NCBI GenBank assembly: GCA_014905635.1
Contig: JABVCE010000004.1
Coordinates: forward strand, 1,240,001 to 1,304,000
DNA: 64,000 nucleotides
Direction: 5' to 3'
From: Scenedesmus sp. PABB004
Lineage: Eukaryota
How positions within the stretch are numbered: position 1 is the stretch's first letter; each line of letters starts with the position of its first letter. This document shows, in pieces, positions 60,601-64,000 of this stretch. A program made the position numbers and the translations under genes. Under the pieces are notes generated by a model. That model did not search any database, was not told the DNA's origin, and worked only from the letters and a program-made list of their open reading frames with translations.

Positions 60601-62195
60601 GCTGTCAGAGCTGGAGGGCCGCGCCGACGAGTACGAGGCAGAGGTGGCGGCGGCGAACCGCCACCTGCAGGGCTGCGAGGCGGCGCTGCGCGAGCACGCG
60701 GCGCTCAAGCGTGACAAGGCGGCGGCGGACGTGCGCGTCGCGGCGCTGGAGGGCGAGGTTGCGTCGCTGCTGTCGAGCCTCGAGGGCAGCCGCACGCAGC
60801 TCGACCGCGCGCTGCAGGGCCAGGCGGCCACGTCGGCGCACGTGGAGGCGTGCCGGCAGCAGCTCGCCGAGGCGCAGGCGGAGCGCGCTGCGCTCGTGGC
60901 GCGCGTGCGGGAGCTCGCGGACCGCGCGAGCGCGGCCGAGGAGGCGGGCATGGCGCCCGGCGGCCGCGCGAGCAGCCCCGTCGTGAGCGCCGAGGTGCAG
61001 CGCCGGCTGTCGGGCGCGTGCGCGGAGCTCAACCAGCAGGTCGCGGCGCTGCGGCAGCAGCTTGCCGGCGCGCAGGCCAAGGAGGAGCGGCTGCAGGTGG
61101 CTAACGCGGCGCTGCAGGAGCGCCTCGGCGCGCTGCAGGCCGGCGGCGGCGACGGCGAGCAGCTGCGGCGGCAGCTGGCCGACGCGCGGCGCGCCCTCGA
61201 CGTGGCGCGGCGCGACGCCGCAGCGGCGGCGGCAGCGAGCGCCGGCCACGAGCAGGAGGCGGCGCGGCTGCGCGCGGAGCTGGAGGAGCGCACGCGCGAG
61301 CTGGGCGAGTGGACCACGCACGCCGACGTGCGCGCCGGCCGTCGGCCCGCGCCGCAGCACGTGCATGCGCCGCCCTGCCTCCCGCGCGGGGCGCCGTCGC
61401 GGCGCTCATCGCTCCTCGCTGCCGCGCCCGCCGCTGCCGCGCCGCGCCGCCTGTGCAGGCGCTTGAGAAAGACCTGGACGACCTCAAGGCCCGCTCAGAG
61501 GCGGCGGACGCGCTGCAGGAGCAGCTGGAGGCCGCGCAGGCCGCGCTCGAGGACGCGCAGGCGCAGCTGGCGCGCGCCGCGGCGGCGCAGGCGGCCGCGC
61601 AGCGCCAGCTCGCTGCGCGCGGCTCCGAGGCCGCGCAGCTGCAGACGGAGCTCAGCGCCGCGCGCAGCCGCGCGGCGCACGCGGAGCGCGAGCTGCGCGG
61701 TGCGTGCGGCGGCCCGGGGCGCTGCTGGGCAGCCCCGCCCGCCCGCCAACGACTGTCGCCGCTCCCCCTGTCGCCGGCACCGCAGGCGCAGCCCAGCAGC
61801 AGGCTGAGCTGCAGGCGCGGCGCAACGAGGCGCTCGCCGAGCTGGCGCGGGCCACCGAGGCGGCCGCGGACATGCGCGCGCGGCTCGACGCGCTCACCGG
61901 CCCCGTGGGGCCGCACGCGCGGCTGCGCCAGCTGGAGGCCTCGCTCGCGAGCGTGAGCTGCTGCCGCGCCGCGCCGTGCCGCCGCGCGCGCGCGGGCGCC
62001 CGCCGACGCGCGCGCGCGCGCGCCGCCCCGCAGGCCCAGCGCCGCGCCGAGGCCGCCGAGGCGCGCGGCGCCGCGGCGGCGGCCGACGCGTCCGCGCTGT
62101 CTGCCAAGCTCGCTGCGGCCGAGGATGAGGTGATTGGGCTGGAGGGCCAGATCTGCATCCTGGAGCAGGAGCTCGCGCGGCTCAGCGCGGCGTGA
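57664..62195 (+). CDS. Large coiled-coil protein of unknown function
   Basis: Multi-exon, long E/Q/L/A/R heptad-rich stretches (e.g. TFRRQLEVEKKQHEFTR, AEDEVIGLEGQICILEQELARL); TGA 62193-62195. Confidence 0.75.
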
Positions 62196-62579
62196 GGCGC
62201 GCCGCGGCGGCGGCGGCCGCGGCATTTCATCTCCAAGCGGGAGGGCGGGCGGGGCGGGGGCTGACCGACGACGCCGCGCGTTGGGACGACTGATCACGAT
62301 CCGGGGACTCGGGGAAGGGGGGGGGCTTCTGAGCTCGCTTGACCTGACCAGCACGCGGCGCCCCGCGCGCCGTGACGCCCCCCACTGCACAGCAGACACT
62401 CGCAGGCATCGTGCACGCACATTTCGTTGGCGCGGCGCATGCGCCGCCTGTGAAACGCTCATCGGCCGCACCTCGGCCCGCCCGCGCCGCGCAGCGACGC
62501 CACCCCTGCACTCCCCTCGCCCCCTCCGCAGCTGCGCCAGAGGATCTTGCAAACAGGTCAGCGCCAGGGCACGCCCTCG

Positions 62580-63823
62580 TCAGGACGCGCCTTCCCAGCG
62601 GGAGCGCGCACCACCGCGCTCAGCGCGCAGCAGGTCCTGCAGCTGCGGCAGCTCCAGGTCGGTCTCACCGCCGAGGTCGTCGTCGTCCGGCCAGGGCCCT
62701 GGGCCGCCGCGTGCCAGCAACGCCAGTGGGCTGACGCTGCCGGGCCCGTCCGCCGTGAGCCAGCTGGCGGGGATGCGCAGCGCGGGCGAGCCCGGCGCTG
62801 GCGCCAGCGCCGCGGGCGGCTGCTGCGCTGCCGCAGCTGCCGGCGCCGGCGCCGGCGCCACCGCGGGGTGGCACCAGGTCAGCCGCAGCTTCCGGCGCTG
62901 CCCGCGCGGCACCGGCGCCCGCGCCGGCGCCGGCGGCACCAAGCCGACGGCTGCCGCTGACGCGTAGAAGGTGCCCGGCGGCAGCGCCTGCAGGTTGCGC
63001 AGCGGCGCGAGCACGGGGCTGCCGCCGCCACTGCCGCCGCCAGCACCGCTGCCAGCGCTGATGGGCTGCTGCTCGTCGCCTGCGGCGCCGCCGCCGCGCT
63101 CGCCGGCCGTGGACGCGCTGCTGCGCTTGCGGCGCTTGGCCTGCGAGGCAGGGCGCCGGCGTCGGCGGCGGGGCCGCGCAGCGCTGGGAGCGGCAGGCGG
63201 CGTGCGCGCAACCCGTCCTGCAAGTGGGCGCTTGCCCGCCAGCTGGCGCGCGCTGCAGCGCGCGCTCGCCCGCGCGGGCAGCCCGCGCTGTGCGGTCGCG
63301 GCCGCGCAGCAGGGCGGTCCGGTCAGCCCGTCCTGCAAGCGCGCACCGGCGCTGCGGCGACCGGTGCGGTGTCGGCGCCGCTGTCAGAGTAGTCAAAGTT
63401 GGTCACCGCGCTCGCGCCGCGCGCCGCCAGCGCGGCCGCGTCGTACGCGCGCGCCGCGTCCGCGGGGGCCTCAAACGTGCCCAGCCAGCGCCGTGTGGTC
63501 TCGCCGGGGAGCTTGATCTCTGCGGACCACTTGACGACCCTGCGCGGCAGCGGCGGCGGCGGCGGCGGTGAGGCGCGCGCCGCGCGCGCGCTCTGGCGCA
63601 GCGCGCTGCGGCGCGCGGGTGCGGCGCGCAGCGCGCCCCCCTCACCCGCCGTTGATCTTGCGGTGAACGCCGCGGTAGCCGGAGGTGTTGTGCTTGGGCA
63701 GCAGGACGCGCTGCTCCGCCCCCTGCTCCGCCGCCTGCGCAGCGTGAGCAGCGCGCGGCGGCAATTGCTCGCCGCGTGGCGCGTGCGCGCGGCCAGGGCG
63801 CGGCGCCGGCGCACCTGGTCCAT
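62580..63823 (-). CDS. AP2/ERF-domain transcription factor
   Basis: NTSGYRGVHR..KWSAEIK..RRWLGTFEAPADAARAYDAAA..RGASAVTNF. A 59-nt intron joins this to a C-terminus with NLS (KRRKR) and an acidic end. First coding exon is 9 nt. Confidence 0.85.
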
Positions 63824-64000
63824 GGCGCAGCCCACGCGCGGCCGCTCGCTGCGGCGGTGGCCCGCGTGGCCGCGCGCGCCGCTGCGCCACAGTCGAGCGC
63901 CGCGCACGTGCGGTGCCTGCTGCGCTGCGTGCACGCACGCTGAGGCGACGGGAGCAGCGTGTGGCATCCGGGCGGGCGCGGACCGCTGCGTGTCCCGCGC

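Noticed and set aside
63280..63350. Apparent premature stop or frameshift after the AP2 domain
   Set aside because: Resolved by a 59-nt GTGCGC...GCTGAC...CACAG intron.
1..64000. Hundreds of long overlapping or antisense Ala/Arg/Pro/Gly-rich ORFs (e.g. 4928-6595, 13630-15606, 57502-59868)
   Set aside because: Stop codons are rare at this GC content, and these ORFs are shadows of real spliced genes.

Overview
Extremely GC-rich, gene-dense, intron-rich eukaryotic nuclear DNA. Gene content, GTGCG donors, GCAG acceptors and TGTAA poly(A) signals suggest a chlorophyte green alga, probably Sphaeropleales/Selenastraceae (Raphidocelis/Monoraphidium-like); this is inference. About 26 protein-coding genes were reconstructed by hand-splicing, and family calls come from motif recognition, not database searches: ABCF ATPase, RUS/DUF647, cold-shock-domain protein, P-loop kinase, CDKG/CDK11, ALG2, DUF4050, FOP/TON1-like, CLN3, NAA25, HPF/PSRP1-like, HAD nucleotidase, BTL3-like carrier, plastid RPL4, LRR, TTC27, aspartic protease, mTERF-like, TraB, metallophosphoesterase, a coiled-coil protein, AP2 and several hypotheticals. 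Most long ORFs in the track are GC artefacts. I recognised no tRNA, rRNA, CRISPR array or transposase. Best leads: (1) a miRNA-precursor-like hairpin with a perfect 24-bp core inside an unusually long RPL4 intron; (2) at least 11 GC-AG introns; (3) a TraB-mTERF tandem pair only 65 nt apart, with the stop codon inside a TGTAA signal; (4) a frame break in the P-loop kinase gene; (5) a short divergent ribosome-hibernation-factor-like gene; (6) a MENTAL-like membrane protein.
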